Source: Rhynchobatus australiae (Eukaryota). From it: a stretch of DNA of 64,000 bases. Below, one piece after another: positions 40,701 to 55,700 of the stretch. The notes beneath the pieces were generated by a model that worked only from the letters and a program-made list of their open reading frames with translations, searched no databases and had not been told where the DNA came from. Location of the stretch: positions 13,627,458 through 13,691,457 of the forward strand of contig JAUZTB010000072.1 of NCBI GenBank assembly GCA_034780895.1, given 5' to 3'. A program made the position numbers and the translations under genes. The stretch's first letter is position 1, and each line of letters opens with the position of its first letter.

Positions 40701-43700
40701 CTTTGCAACAAACAGCCTCATTTTTTCTACACAATTCAAGTGATGCTATCATTTGACAATGATCTACCTGAGCTTTTATGTTTACTATTTAAATGAGTCT
40801 CCAGGCACTTAGACATAGTCCCTCTCAAAGCAATACGGGTTCTTGATTATGTACTACACATTTAGTGTCATAATAAAACCTATATAGATTCAAATATATT
40901 CCACCAAATTGGACAAAGCTCTCAAAATACACTGGCTGAGTTGAACGGTTAAATCAGAGCAGAAAAAAAATTAATTTTCCAGCCATCTGAGCTGATAACC
41001 CCCATAGCCAAGAGCCTGAGCTAACTAATCTGTACCCTGCAACATCAGTGGTTCTCAAAAATAATTTTCAATCAAGTCTTCATTGAAGCTGTTTTCTAAT
41101 TATAAAATATTCTTGAAATAAAAGGGATAAGAACATAACAAATGGAAATAAGAGTAGAAAATTCAGCCCTTTTGCTAGCTCTGCCATTCAATAAGATATT
41201 GGCTGGTTCCCTTAACTCTCGATTTCCTTAGTATCTAAAAATCTCAGTTTCATTCATAAGCACCCACAACAGCAGAGTTTTGTTTGTAATGTGCCTTTTA
41301 AACAGTTTGTATAAAAACAAATAAGGAATGTGCATCACCATTGCTTTTATAAACAAAGTGGTGCAGCGGAGGCTGAGGGAAGGGGAGATCTGATAGAAGT
41401 TTATAAAATTATGAGAGCCGTGGATGAAGTAGACAGCCAATATCTTTTTCCCAAGGTCAAAATGTCTGATATTAAAGGGCATGCATTTAAGGCGAGAGGG
41501 GGAAAGTTCAAAGAAATATGTGGGGCACATGAATATCCAGAGAATGGAGGGATATGGACCATGTGCATGCAGCAGAGATTAGTATAATTAAGCATCATTA
41601 GCTTAATTAATTCAGCACAACATTGTGGGCCGAAGGGCCTGTTCCTGTGCTGTACAGTACTGTTCTATGTTCTAAATCAAAATTACAAAGCCAGTTGCTT
41701 TGCAATCCAGACAACAAATTTACTTAGCTGATATGCTAAATGGCCGCATATCAGTTTCATTATAGTATAAGTTTACAAACCAACTGATATTTGCGCATTT
41801 AATTAAGGAAATGTCAACAAAGGAGGAGAGAAGAACTAAATGAAAAGACTTGATCAGCAAAAGTTCCCTGAAAGTGGCGTCATAGGTGGACAGGGTGGAG
41901 AAGGTGGCCTTTGGCACACTGGCCTTCATCAATCAGGGCACTGAGCATAGGAGTTGGGATGTTATGTTGCAGTTGTACTAGATATTGGTGAGGTCGCACT
42001 AGGAGTACCGTGCACAGTTTTGGTTACCCTGTTATAGAAAAGATGTAAGTAAGCTGGAAACAGTGCAGGAAGACTTACAAAAATGTTGCCAGGACTAGAG
42101 GGCCTGAGTTATAGGGAGAGGCTAGGTAGGCTAGGACTTTATTCATTGGAGTGTAGGAGACGGAGGTGTACAGGTGTATAAAATCATAAGTGGCATAGAT
42201 AGGGTGGATGCACACAGACTTTTACCCCAGGAAAAGTGAATCAAAAACTATAGGGCACAAGTTTAAGGTGTGAGGGGAAAGATTTACAAGTGACCCGAGG
42301 TGCAAATTCTTCATGCAGATGGTGGTGTGCATATGCGACAAGCTACCAGAGGAAGTAGTTGAGGCAGGTACAATAACAACATGTAAAAGACACTTGGACA
42401 CGTACACGGATAGGAAAGGTTTAGACAGATATGGACCAAACGCAGGCAAATGGGACCAGCTTGGATGGGCATTTTGGTCACCACGAATGCGTTGGGCTGC
42501 AGGGCCTGTTCCCATGCTGTATTGCTCTATGATTCTAAAATGCATGGTCAGTTGTTAAGGTTTTAATTCTGCTAACAAAAGCGCTAAATATCTATTACAA
42601 TTTTACTTCCTGGTGGCAAATCTGTACATTGTTTTGTTTTCATCCTCATACTAGTCTGTTCTGCAAATGCAAGCTTCATTCCTTGTTAAAAGGTACTGAA
42701 GGAGTACTGCATTTGGTTCAAATGCCTTCTGACAGATGAGATATTAAACTGAGGCCCCACCTACCTGTTGAGGTAGGTGCAACAATTCAAAATAAAGAAT
42801 TCTTTAGGTGTTCTCCCCAATATATCCTTCAATCAACACCACCAAAACAAGTAAACTTGTCTTCTGTTACTGGTGTTGGGGGTTCCTGTTGTGTCCAAAC
42901 TGGCTGCCATATGAGCCTAAAAGAATAAGATAGGGACAGCCAAACTTTAGAATGAAATTTTTAGGAAATCTGTTTCACATGGCAATATAAGAACAGGAGT
43001 ATGCAATTAAGTACCAAAGCCTGTTCTATCATTCACTGAGATACAGCAGACGTGATTTAATTCCATTCACCCTGCTCATTCTAATCTAAATGAAACTTAA
43101 GATCCCCAGCCTTGCACTTGCCTTTCTCTTTACACAAGGCCACTTATTATTTTACAATGATTTCCTTGTTAACACTACATTAAATGAGCTAAATTCCCAA
43201 TGTAAAAATGTAGCTAACAGAGACACATTTTACGAGGCAGTTTCTCACAGGAATACTAACAATGGAAAGACCACAGTAAATAAAACACAATTTATATTTA
43301 AACAGCATTTACAATTGTCTTATGATTCAGATTCTGAAGAATAACATCCAGGAGTATGTTGCCTTTGCTATGAAACCATTTTCCATTACTTAATGCGAGA
43401 CTAAGAATGCAAATTATAAAACCAATTTACAAGTCCAGTCACCTAACAAATAAATATACACAAGGTAAAGTCTTGCCAAACCATCTTGGTCTTCCAACCT
43501 TTCTTAAAGTCAAAATATGCTTTCCCTACCAGCTACAAAGAAACCTGTCCTGTGACTTTAATGCCTAGTAAATTCAGGCATTTCTGAGCATTAGATGTTG
43601 GTCCAATTTGTGTTCATCTGCTATACAAAGTGATATTTCAGCTTTAATGCACACTTCAAAAAAAAAAATTCAGACTTTAACTACAGCCTGATTTCTACAA

Positions 43701-46700
43701 CCGCCAAAGAAAAACAACTGGTAGAATCACTTTTGCAAACATTTGGTCTATATACAGAAGGATAACAGTTGAAAAAAGTCACCATAATAAAACTAAACAC
43801 AATAATATTGCTTTAATAATAGCAGTGCTCCTTCAGTTATTATATTATGAAGTATACCTAAGAAAGTAGATTCAAATTGAGTACTGAAGTTATTCCCTGC
43901 TGAAGGCAAATTCTTAGAATCCACATCCAGAGATAAAAATCAGTGAGTGTTTAGGAATGCAGAAGTTCATCAAGATTAGGCAGAGTGGATTTGTAAAAGT
44001 CATGTTACTTTTAACAAAAAAATCATTTTTGAAGAAGTTCTCGGCTAGATAAATAACTCATGGATTTTTAGCAGGCATCTGATAAGATTTCTTACAAGGG
44101 ATCCATTACAAAAACTCTGGTGAATGGTATAAAAAAAAGCAATTCACCAAAAACTTCCATAGACAGAGAGCAAAAGGTTTTTGGATATTAGAAGTATCAN
44201 NNAGAATTGTAGATGGCTTGAAACACAATGCCAAAAGTTGCAAGTGACAAACAACAACTGTAGCTCAGGGAGAAAAGATAAATTACTGAAAGACAAGTGA
44301 CAAATACCAATTAATGTGAAGTAACATATTTTGGGCAAGAACTAGTAATGGAAATGCACACACAGCAGAAATTGAATGAATTTCCAAGTTCAAATACTCA
44401 TTCCATGGAAAGTAGATAAAGCCAAATAATTGGCCACTATTCTTTTAAAAATGTAGACAGATAACATGAGTTTCACATTAATGATAAATTTGGAAAAAAG
44501 CAATGAATAGGCCATAATTAAAAATCACTAAATCTTTAGGCAACCCATTACAGGGGATACCAAAGCCACTGAAATGAAAGAAAATTACTGCAGATGTTGT
44601 AGATCTAAAAAAAAAACAGAAAATGCTGGAAATACAGTAAATTAACTGTTTCCCTTTTCATATATGCTGCCTGAACTGCTAAGTATTTCTGCCACTTTCT
44701 GTTGATATTGAAGCCATTGAAAATATACAGTATATATTCAACAGAATAATGCGAAGTTATGGAAAATAATAGTTATGAGTAGAGGAAATTTAAAATACTG
44801 GAACAACTTCCATTGAAACAAAGAATACAATAATAATTTAATAGCAGAATTTTGATATTATTTTTGCAGGATGGGAAGTCACTGACAAAAGCTCAATGTT
44901 AGTGACACTAATTTGTTTCCAATTCTAATGAGTGGTTTATAATATTCATTTGATAGAGAAATTACAATAATATGGCACAGTTCCTTGAAGAGCAAGAACA
45001 TACAGATAAATGTAATAAACATTTGAAGCTACTTTAATTCAGGACATGATCTTATGGACGTACTACAATGATAAATTTGAAGAGAGAGATCCAACAAATT
45101 TAAAATCTTTATGTAACAGATGCAAGTGATTTCTGTTATCCATTTCTCCATAAACTCTTTTAATCCGAATTTAAACAGAAGAACAGCTGGGAATCTTTCA
45201 TTACTGCTATTCACCACAGACATCACTCAACAATGACTCAGAATGTATCCAAAAGGCAAAAATTTCAGAATACATATACAACAAAAACAGCAGAAATAAA
45301 TTAATACGGCAAATATTGGCATTTGAAGTATGGTTAGTAAGTTTGCAGTTGGCATCAAAATCTGTGAAATGTACTTTGTAATTGCCATACAATTGCAATG
45401 ATCATTGATCTAACACAGTGGCTTAGGTGTTGGTAGGACAAACACAGTATAAACATATTAGAGAGACCAATACTGAAATTGATTGAAAAGGAGTCTTTAG
45501 TTATGATGTCATAAAGAGTGTGAGTAACTTTAAATGACCTTTCCTTCCTGTCAATTTCCCATGATTGTGAGTTTTACTAAAGTTTCAGTGTCACAAATTA
45601 GTAATTGTACTGTTGTCTATTTCTGCTCCTCCCATGTACCCAACTCTCAACACCACAATTTCAGATTCAATGAGGGATTGTTCTCTTAAATGTTATCAGC
45701 CCCAATTTTTACTTGTTTTCTCAGGTCCAAGCAATTTCCAGTTTTGTAATTTAAAGCATATATCACACAACAAGTTTGCTTGTTACATCTCCATTTCTAT
45801 TTAAAATTTGGCAGTTATCCAAGTAAGCAACTTTAACTGGTATCTGCTTGTACCTCAACTACAATACCTAGAGCATTCTCTCTTATATTGAATGTTATTT
45901 TGACCCAAAAAAACCATAAGTAATGAGTTACAGTGTTACATCTTAATACTGCAATAAATAATGTAGTCTGAGCACATTCTAATTATAATGCCAAGCTATA
46001 ACAGTAACAGACTATCTCACAGTACAAAATTAACAAAATTTTTCCCTCACTACATATGGATGAGAATACTTGATGAACAATAAGAAAGTAAGTAGTAAGC
46101 AGGCTAAATCAATTAAGCATGCTTAAGATTTCTAAAATGGTTTTCATATTTGCCTATGTATAATTCATTTTAAATGAACTCAAATATTTTGATGTTAAAC
46201 CCATGATGCTGTTAATTCATATAAAATAGGCCTTTACCAATAGGATTCCATTTTTACCACTATGCCACAAAACAAAGACTCTAGAATCAACCAATATCCC
46301 AGCAGTATTGAAGGCTTAGACACTAATCTAGACGTAGCTCTAACTGGACAAATTGATCCAGGCACCTACCTGACAATACAGAAAATTTCCCAGGTAATGG
46401 GAAATAGGGTTGCCCCGTCCTCAAAAGACACAACAAACCCAATTTGAATAAGCACAGCCACAGCATTCTACTCTCACTCAAACAGGTGGAAAAATGTCTT
46501 TGACAATGGTTATTTACCAATAACCTGCTCACTCATGTTCAGTTTGAATTCCACCATGACCATTTGGCTCCAAACTTCATTATAGTGTTGGGCTACATAT
46601 GCACAAGAGGTGAATTCTAGAGACAAGGTAGTAATGACTGCCCTTAATGCCAAAGCAATTTTTGGCTAAATGTGATGTTGAGAAGCCATAGTAAAATAAA

Positions 46701-49700
46701 AACTATGAGAATCAAGGAGGAAAGCAACCACTAGCTGAAGTCGATATTAATGTACATAGCTAATATTTAAGTCAAACCTAAGGAAACTTGTTTTGTTTAA
46801 TGGCTGTATGATCTCCGTGCCAGGAGAAGTATTTCAGAGCAGTTTCCTTAGGCTCAACCATCTTTAACAGCTTCATCGATGACCTTTTCTCTACCATGAG
46901 GTTAGAAATGAAAATGTTTTCAGATAATTGCAAAATATTCAATATTCACAGCTTATCTGATACTGAAGCACTCTGTCTGCATATAACCAGTCCTGGACAT
47001 CATTCAGGCAAAGACTGATGTGGCAAGTCACCAGGCACATCAGGCATTGACCATCATGAAAAGCAAAACTGGGTCTAAAAACCATATTTACTTATTTAAC
47101 TTTGATATTTACTTAATCTCCTGCTGTTAATATCCACGGGGTTTGGAGGGAGGGAAAGCGCCAGTGAAGCTGAACTGGATAAGACACTCGTACACAATGG
47201 CTACAAGAGCAGATTAGCAGGGCATCCCCTATAACTAGCAACTCATCTTCTGGCTTCAAAATGCCTATCCATTATATAAAAGGTACATCTAGAATGGAAT
47301 ACTCGCCATATGTCAGGATGCATGCAACACTCAAAAAAACTTGATACAACCCAAGTCAGTAGGAATGCCTTCATGAAAATGAATTATAAAAATTGATTTT
47401 CTATACTTGTTGAACTTCCCTCAACTTGTTCTAACAACTCTGAATTAACTCCTTTCCAGGTATAACCACACACTGCTTGGTTTTTAATACTTCTACAAAG
47501 TGAGCCATTCTTTAGATACTTTTAACAATGAATGACAGACCATTTATATTATCATGAAGAGTATCACAGCCATCCAAATGTCTGCGCTATTATTTGCATA
47601 CACTTGCCACAGAGGCAATGGGAAATTAATATATTATGACAACAAAAACCAGCTAATTAAACCAAAAATCAAACGTGTTCTAGCTTTGGATAGTTTATTG
47701 ATGCATCATGTTAACTAACTTGGAGTGGAGGAGCCAGAGAATGCATTGTGCTGAACTAATTTTTAAAAATATGCATTTTACTGAATCAAAACCAGTAAAC
47801 CATTCCAATTCCTAAATATTTTAACTGTTCACACTTTAAAGTGGAGATCAAATCCATGTCATTAAAGAGCTCAAATCTATTTACTACTTATTGCTGTACT
47901 GGATATCAGATTTGCAAAACATTTCCATTCAATCTGCAAATGAGACCCTGAGCTTCCAGCTGCATGCCACATTAATTACCTAATCCAGTTTGACCTCTGT
48001 CTTTAGCCCCTTACATTGTTTTAGCAAAGCTTAATGCAAACTCAAGGAATAACCCCTCATCTTCTGACAGGTACATTAAAGCATTCTGGATGAAACAATG
48101 TCTTCAGCAATTTCATATAGCCCACAATTCCAGCCTTTATAGCTTCACAATCCTAGCACTCTTAATTGTTTTTTCACCCTTCTCTTTACTGCTGGTAATT
48201 TCACATATATAATCATCATCTCCTATTAATACCTCCTGTTACATTCTGCTATTCATTACACTGGTACCTCAGTTAGACCTCAGATTGCATTCCTGGGAAC
48301 AAGAATGCTAATGGAATCAGCAATATAAAAGGTGTCATTACAGCATCATATAGAGATGCAATATGTCCTGTGCTGCTATACAGTAAACCTGGCATGAACT
48401 CCTGCCCTTCTTGTTGCTATGCACTGTTGTGCTGGAGTCCTCACACAAAATAAGTCACATCACTGATTTATGTGGAAGCTGCCTGTGATGGCTGGTGTTG
48501 GGCAGACCAGGGTGAGCAATGTGGTCACTCAGCACTGAGACGTGGGGCTTAGAGTTGCATTCTGGCTGGCACCTACAACCATTGCTTAGTAATTGACAGC
48601 ACCTGTTCCATGTGCTGGCTCTCTCATCACCTTCGAACCTGTTGGAAACTGCTACATCCCCTCACTGGGCTAGGGAGATCTGTGCAGGCAAACAAAAGAA
48701 GGCAGCTTCCATTACATGCTACAGGTGGCAATGAAGGAAACCGTATAATATGCGTAGTCTGTGAACACATGGACCAAGTGCTGCCAGTCCCCAGCAATGA
48801 CTTGTATTCATTGTGCCAGTCAAGGTGCAGCCGTGAACCGAACATCTCCGCACTTGGCAGCTGCACCATTCATCAAGCCCACCCAAAATCAGACTTCCCT
48901 GGCAGCCTCTCCGCAATGAGGATTTCATTGCTGGATATGTACCAAGGGAGGGCAGAGATTCACACCAGATTCCCAGCACAGCAAAGTGCAATCTGAGCAA
49001 ATGCATATTTTTTTTAAAAAAGGTACCTGTGAGTGTTCATACTGGAGGACCAAGACCACCACAATGAATTAGTGCTTTAAAAGCTCTCAGTGGGATACTA
49101 ATGTAATGCCTTTGTTACTCACTTTCACTTGGTTTCATTGCCAATCATTTAATCGCTCTGCATCCACCCTGTCACAGATATTCCCTTATGTTCTTCCTTC
49201 TACACTCAACATTTTTGCAACTTAAAATACTTTTTACCATTAATTTTTCCTAGCTTTAATGATAGGTTATTGACCTAATACTGTGTTTCTCTCTCCATGG
49301 TCGCTGCCTAACCTACTGAACATTTTGTGTTCTATTTTTGTACTGGTGAACATCCATGATTTATTTAACTGGCAGCACAACTGCTCCTAGATTAGTTAAT
49401 TTGAAAACAGAAACAGTATTCCCATTACATCTATATAAGCAATGGTGGAAACAAAATAAAGCCCACAACCAAACTCTAGAAATTCTTCAGTCTGAGTATC
49501 ATAGAGTCATATAGCCTACCAAGTCCACACCTAACATCAAGTACCCATTTACACTAAACCCATTTTATTCACCCCACATTCCTATCAACCTCCCCCCGAT
49601 TGTACCATTCACCTACATGCTGGGTCAATTTACAGTAGCCAATTAACCCAAGAACCCACATGCCTTTTGGGATATGGAGGAAACCGGAACACCCACAAGA

Positions 49701-52700
49701 AATCCACGTGGTCACTGGGAGAAAGTGAAAACTCCACACAGACAGCAGCAGAGATCAGAATTAAAACTGGGTCAATGGAACTGTGAAACAGTAGCTCTAC
49801 TAGCTTTACCACCATGCTGTTTTGCGAGCACCTTCACAACGTGCCAAAATCCAACTGAATAACTTCCAAACAACAAATTCTACTTCACCTTAATGCTTGA
49901 AAATAAACTCCACATACTGACAATACTGATTCAACTTGAAAATGCACAAGCATTAGAAATGGGTTTGCTTTTAGATATTAATACGGTACTCAAAAAAATT
50001 GAGACTACTATTCATCTAGGTTCATATAAACCATCCATCAAAGGAAAGGTTGGGAAAATTGGAATTCCCATTGAGTTTTGCCTTTTGAAACTGAAAACAG
50101 TGGATGTTCCAAAAAGACCAACAGTATACCACAGTTTAAGGATACACAGCATAGCTCAGGAGCTTGGCTCCATTTATTTAAAGGGGAACTTTAAAGGGAG
50201 ACAAAACTTCGTTGATGTATTTTATGACACAAAAATCTTCTCTTTGGACAATTTCTTTGTAACCCAATAAAAAGCCACTCTAGATCATGCCCGTTTTTAT
50301 TTCATTAAACAATTAAATGTTGAGAGCTATTAGCAAAAGAAAGGGGAATAACTTGATATAAGGGGATGGGATGTGCTTGAAAGCTATTGCAAATTATTTT
50401 GTCACCATAGCAAAAGCATGGTGTCAGATTTTTATGCAATACACGATTAATGTAGTATTTCTACCTCATATTTTCAAGGTTTACTTAAATCAACAAAGTT
50501 ACTATTTAATTAATTCAGAAATGTAGCCACACGATGGCCCGGTGGTCATCATTCGGGCTAATCTATTCAATTCAACCAGGGTAATGGATCTCAAGATTTT
50601 CTCCACAGCTTAATATATAACTTAAACACATCCCAAAGAGAAGGTAGGAAAATTGATGGAAAGTTATTTCTAGTCTATTCACTCAACTTTTCACAGCTGA
50701 TTATACAATAGCAGAAACATCTTGTGAGCAAGCCATTCCCTAATCCCTAACAAAGGCACATGTCATTAAGTGAACAGGAACAGCATTTTTCTTGGCAAGA
50801 ATACAAGCTAATATCAAGCAACTTAAAGAACTTTGTCCCTCTTATATTATCAGAGATGTTTACATTGACTCTGCAACTTTACAAATAAATGACTGAACTG
50901 TACATTTCTGGTAAGCAGTTCCTCAATTAAACCCACAACTCATACACCTTAAAGAACTTTCTTAAAGTTCAGCTTTGCAGATGCTTTGGTCAGCACCAGC
51001 GTCTCCTCAAGGTTATAAATGGGGTTGTTAACCATTTCTGTTCCCACAAATGCTGCCTGACCTACCAAGTATTTCTAGTAATGTGTTCCAGGATCTGCAG
51101 CATTTTGCTTTTTGACTAATAACTCTTCCTTTGGCTCAGCATTCATAAATGCCATTATATTTTTCTCTCCAATAAGCATTATTTAAAAACATGCCTTAAA
51201 TCATGTTTTAACAAACTCTGACAGACGATTATTATTTTTTAATGTAGTGTCATTTAAATTTGCAAAAATCATTTATTTAAATGACTCTTTACACTGCACA
51301 CTAAAATCAAAATACTCCCAATTGTGTGCAATGTCATAGCATTTTGGTGTGCCTGTACTCCTTATTTGGTTAATCTGATAGGCTATCTTAAAATTACAAG
51401 TAAAAAGAACACAGTGTGGCTTTAGTTACTGTAAACATAAATTAATTATGCTAACAATTCAATGCTATTTTTTTCTGCTGTGTATCTCCAGTTTTGCATT
51501 TTGAGGATTAGCCAGGGTAAGAGCAATTCGCTGCAACATTTCCATTGCTCATCTACACATGAATCAAGAGCAATAAGGTACACAGGGCTATCCCTAAATG
51601 GAATACATCCAGAGTACTTAATAGTAAATTCACACATTGTTTATTTAACAATAAAAATAAGTTGAGCCACAAATTTAACTGATATCATAAACAATTTAAC
51701 AGTGTTGTTTCATTGGCAATAGGTATTGGCTCTGATATTATTTCATTATTCCAAATTCCAATCCTTAGTTAATAAAGGATTTATTGGATATTTTCAGTGC
51801 AAAAATTCAGTGACTGAGACAATCTAACAACCTAAAACAACATAATTTATGCAAGACTAGCATTTCACAGTTGGGGTGACTGAGAGGGGTGGTAGCAGGG
51901 CTTTAAGCTGATGTGGTGGTGGCTGATGTTAAAGATTTTGAATCCTGAACCTCTGGTGAACTTGTTTAGGAAAGGAGTTGATTAAACAGTTATCCAATAA
52001 ATGTGACACAGCACAACCAAATATAACTCTAGGACTGGTGGCAGCTGTCAATGTCCTTTCCTACAAAATCCATATGTTATGCATCACAGTTTATTCTCAG
52101 AGCTCTAATTATCTGTTAGAAACATGCAAAAGTGTGATATTTACACAATAAAGGAACATGATTTAGTTTCATATTTAAAAAGAATCAGGGCCATTAACTT
52201 TCATCTATCTTGTATCTATATAAAGGAACAACAGACTGATTTCAACACAACCACAAAATTCCCATTCATTCAGATCAAAGTGCATTTGCATACAACATAT
52301 CAATGTATTTACTGACCTACATAAAGCATCAAAACACATATTTATTATCATAAGGGTGTATTTCCTAAAAGCACTTGAAAAGCAGTGATAGATAGTAAAG
52401 ATAGGTCTGAAACACCAGTTTTTCACTAAACATATGGTCTACCTCACAACCAAAGGCTATTGGGACATTTATTCAGAAGCAATCCATTTGCCCAGGTTGA
52501 CATATTTCACTCATAGTNNNNNNNNNNNNNNNNNNNNNNNNNNNNNNNNNNNNNNNNNNNNNNNNNNNNNNNNNNNNNNNNNNNNNNNNNNNNNNNNNNN
52601 NNNNNNNNNNNNNNNNNACTCATAGTTGCTGTCCTTTCCTACATTTAGATGGGTGCACACTTATGAAGATGCTATATCCCACAAATGTTCCATGCATACA

Positions 52701-55700
52701 AAAAGAAATTCAGGAAGTAATAGAAGGTGCACAATTTAATATTTATAAAAATCCATTAGGAAAGAAAGTGTCAGAGGATTGCAGACAGATAATGCTCTGC
52801 TATACTCATATGGGAAAACGGAATCAGAAACTCAAAAGTAGTGAGCTTAATGAAGATAATGACTTAGATTTTGTGGTTATTATGGCATCACAACTACCAG
52901 TATACATTTAACAATTCTTTACAACCAACAGGAACTTTAAAATTTTCACATATGTACAATTTAATGTAAAAATCCCAAAGTTGCTGCCAGTAATCCAGTG
53001 CTTTCATATTTGCAGTTTTCAGCCTGCTCCAGCACAATGAAGAACAATTGCTTGAAATAATATAAATTTAGGTTTTTTGCAAACTAGCCTATACTCAGTC
53101 ACATGAGATCATAGTGAATTATGACTAAACAATAATTACAGCAAACATGTGCATTGTAATTTCCTTATATGATAACCATCTCAAAATATGGGATTTTAAA
53201 ATGTTTCTGAAGTTTGTAACATTTCAACTTTAATTGTATTGAATGTGACAATCTTTTGTTTAGCACTTCACTAACATTAACTAAAGGCTACTTCCCAGTA
53301 TTCTGACTCCAAGTTTCTTAAATGAGATTGGCTGTTCAGTCAACCCAATGATATCAAAGCTGCTGGACACAGGGAATTTACTTGGAACTTTTATTTGACA
53401 GCAGCAGGCATTAGAAAAGGAGGAATTCACACCATAGAAGTCAGTAGGTATTTTTTGAGTCACTTTATTCTCATTGGTGGGAACCACCATCAGTTCTTTG
53501 CTGACCTTAAGTTCTGGGTCAATGGAAATCTTACTCAATGATGTGGCAGAAAAACCATCTAAAGAACAATTTAGCACCAATTTCAAAAGGATAGGTCATG
53601 CTTGACTATTCTTGGTAGAAGTAATAGACAACAGATAAAGGTCCTAAAGTAGGTATAATATATATAATAAAATATTCTGAAAGTCTGAAGCATATTAGAA
53701 TAATAACTAAGGTAACACACCTAGGGTTAAGGGTCAAGGAGAAGAATTCATAATAAGCTGGCAATACAACAGAAAACTTACGAGTTAAAAATGTTTTATT
53801 CAGATTAGTGGGAAGTGGAAAAACGGTGTGCCACAGCAAATGGCATTGGAGTCACCACTGTTAACCACTTCCATAAACAATTTAGACTTGGAAATCAGAA
53901 ATACTCTAATAATTGCAATACACATCAATCCTGTTTGCTACAAAGTAAACTTGTAGAACTGAAGTGTAAATGGCAAATGAATTTCAAAATAGGCAAGTAA
54001 GATTTGTGCAATATGGCATGAGGAATATGAAAGCTGCATACTTCTTGCAATCAAACCATTGCAAGAAACAGAAATTAAAAAGTACCACAGTTATATTAAA
54101 CTTGCGTAGAACCTTGGATAGGTCTCATATGAAGTACTGTGCATAGTTCTGAATTATCAGAGGCATTGCAGAAGTGCAACAAAAATGTACATGGATAATA
54201 CTGAACAAGATGGAACTCTTCTTGTAAAAACATTTCAGAAGTCTTGAAAAATATGAAGGGATTTAGTAGAGCAGATGTAAACTATATATTGCTGCTTAAG
54301 AGATATCTAAAATTAAGAAACATAACTAAACAGCTAGTAATAAAACCATGGAGTAATAAAAGTGAATAGAAAGGAAGCTATACAGCCAAGGATGAGAAAG
54401 AAATGAAGGGTATGCTGAAAAGACTAGGCAAAGTAGGACTGGGGTTGGCTTATGTATAACGCACAAATCAGCACTGACCATTTTGAAAAATATTTACAAA
54501 CATATTGGAAAAATTACATTGAGGTGCAACTTGTTCTACTAATCTTGATTCCCCATTACCCTACTGTCACTGCACCCAACCCATAGTTTTAACTTATTCC
54601 TTTAAAAACATTGGAGCTGTGATCTAAAAGCTATGTAAATTGAACTATGCAGTACCAAAAATGCAAATTACAAACCTTTATTATGTTTATGGTATGAGGA
54701 GGAACTTTCTAAGTGGGCTTATTAACTAACAATTCCTCTATGGCAATGCTTCAAGCCGAGAGAGCCCATGCACCACATTTTGCCACGTCAGGCAGCAGAA
54801 TGCAGCAAGTAAAACAATATTAAAAATAATTTAAACAATAATCTAGTTAAAATGAAAAGTGGAAAATGTAAACCTTTCACTATATACACGTAGGATTTGG
54901 TGCATCCATGATGCTATATAGTTATTAGGGATTAGGCACAATGCTTCAAGCTTCTTCCAAATGTTACATACACAATGTCATAAAACATAACAAAAGTACA
55001 GAACTGATTATAATGGAATAATATATTTGAAGTTATAATTTCTCACTGAAATTTTTATTAAAAACTGACATAACATCTTGATTTTTCTGCTCCCAGTAGT
55101 TCTCATAAAACAGGTGATTGTAAAATATGTGAATCACCAATTTGTGCTATGTATGCATGGAGGACCAAGTAGAGGAAAAATAGACTTCATTGCTTCTGTA
55201 CATGTATAAGAATTTAATATTGCTATCCTGCCACTAATTTTAAATTCAGATAAAGTCTGAAAGAGAAAGGCTTCTGATATTATAAACATAGGATGTGCAA
55301 CAGCAGAAATTAGTACAATGAAAAACTGAAATACATATTTTTCTAATTAGAAAGTATCTGAATAGACTAACCAGATACAACTATCTTGATGCAACGATCA
55401 ACCTATGCAGAGTCACTGTGGCGAGAATCCACATTCAAATGTGTAAGCACAGTTACCAAACTGTCACATGGGGTAAAAGATCATACTCAAACTTACAGAA
55501 TTATCTTATCTCAAATTGCTACTGCCATCAGCATCATCAATTTAACCACGTGTTCTACACAAAATGATATTTCCAGGTTTAACCTTTTGTAAAGGTAACT
55601 ACGCTACTTAATTGAAATGGCATGTAAGTTATACATCCTTACCACTGCACATTCATTGAAATCCTAGTGACAACAGCAAGTTACTTTGTATCATGGTGGC

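Noticed and set aside
48610-49006. Overlapping ORFs considered as a Harbinger/HARBI1-like transposase or a nested gene
   Set aside because: Only vague similarity; no DDE motifs or convincing splice structure.
52509-52626. actcatagt repeated on both sides of a 100-N gap, resembling a target-site duplication
   Set aside because: More simply explained as contig-end overlap; the gap content is unknown.
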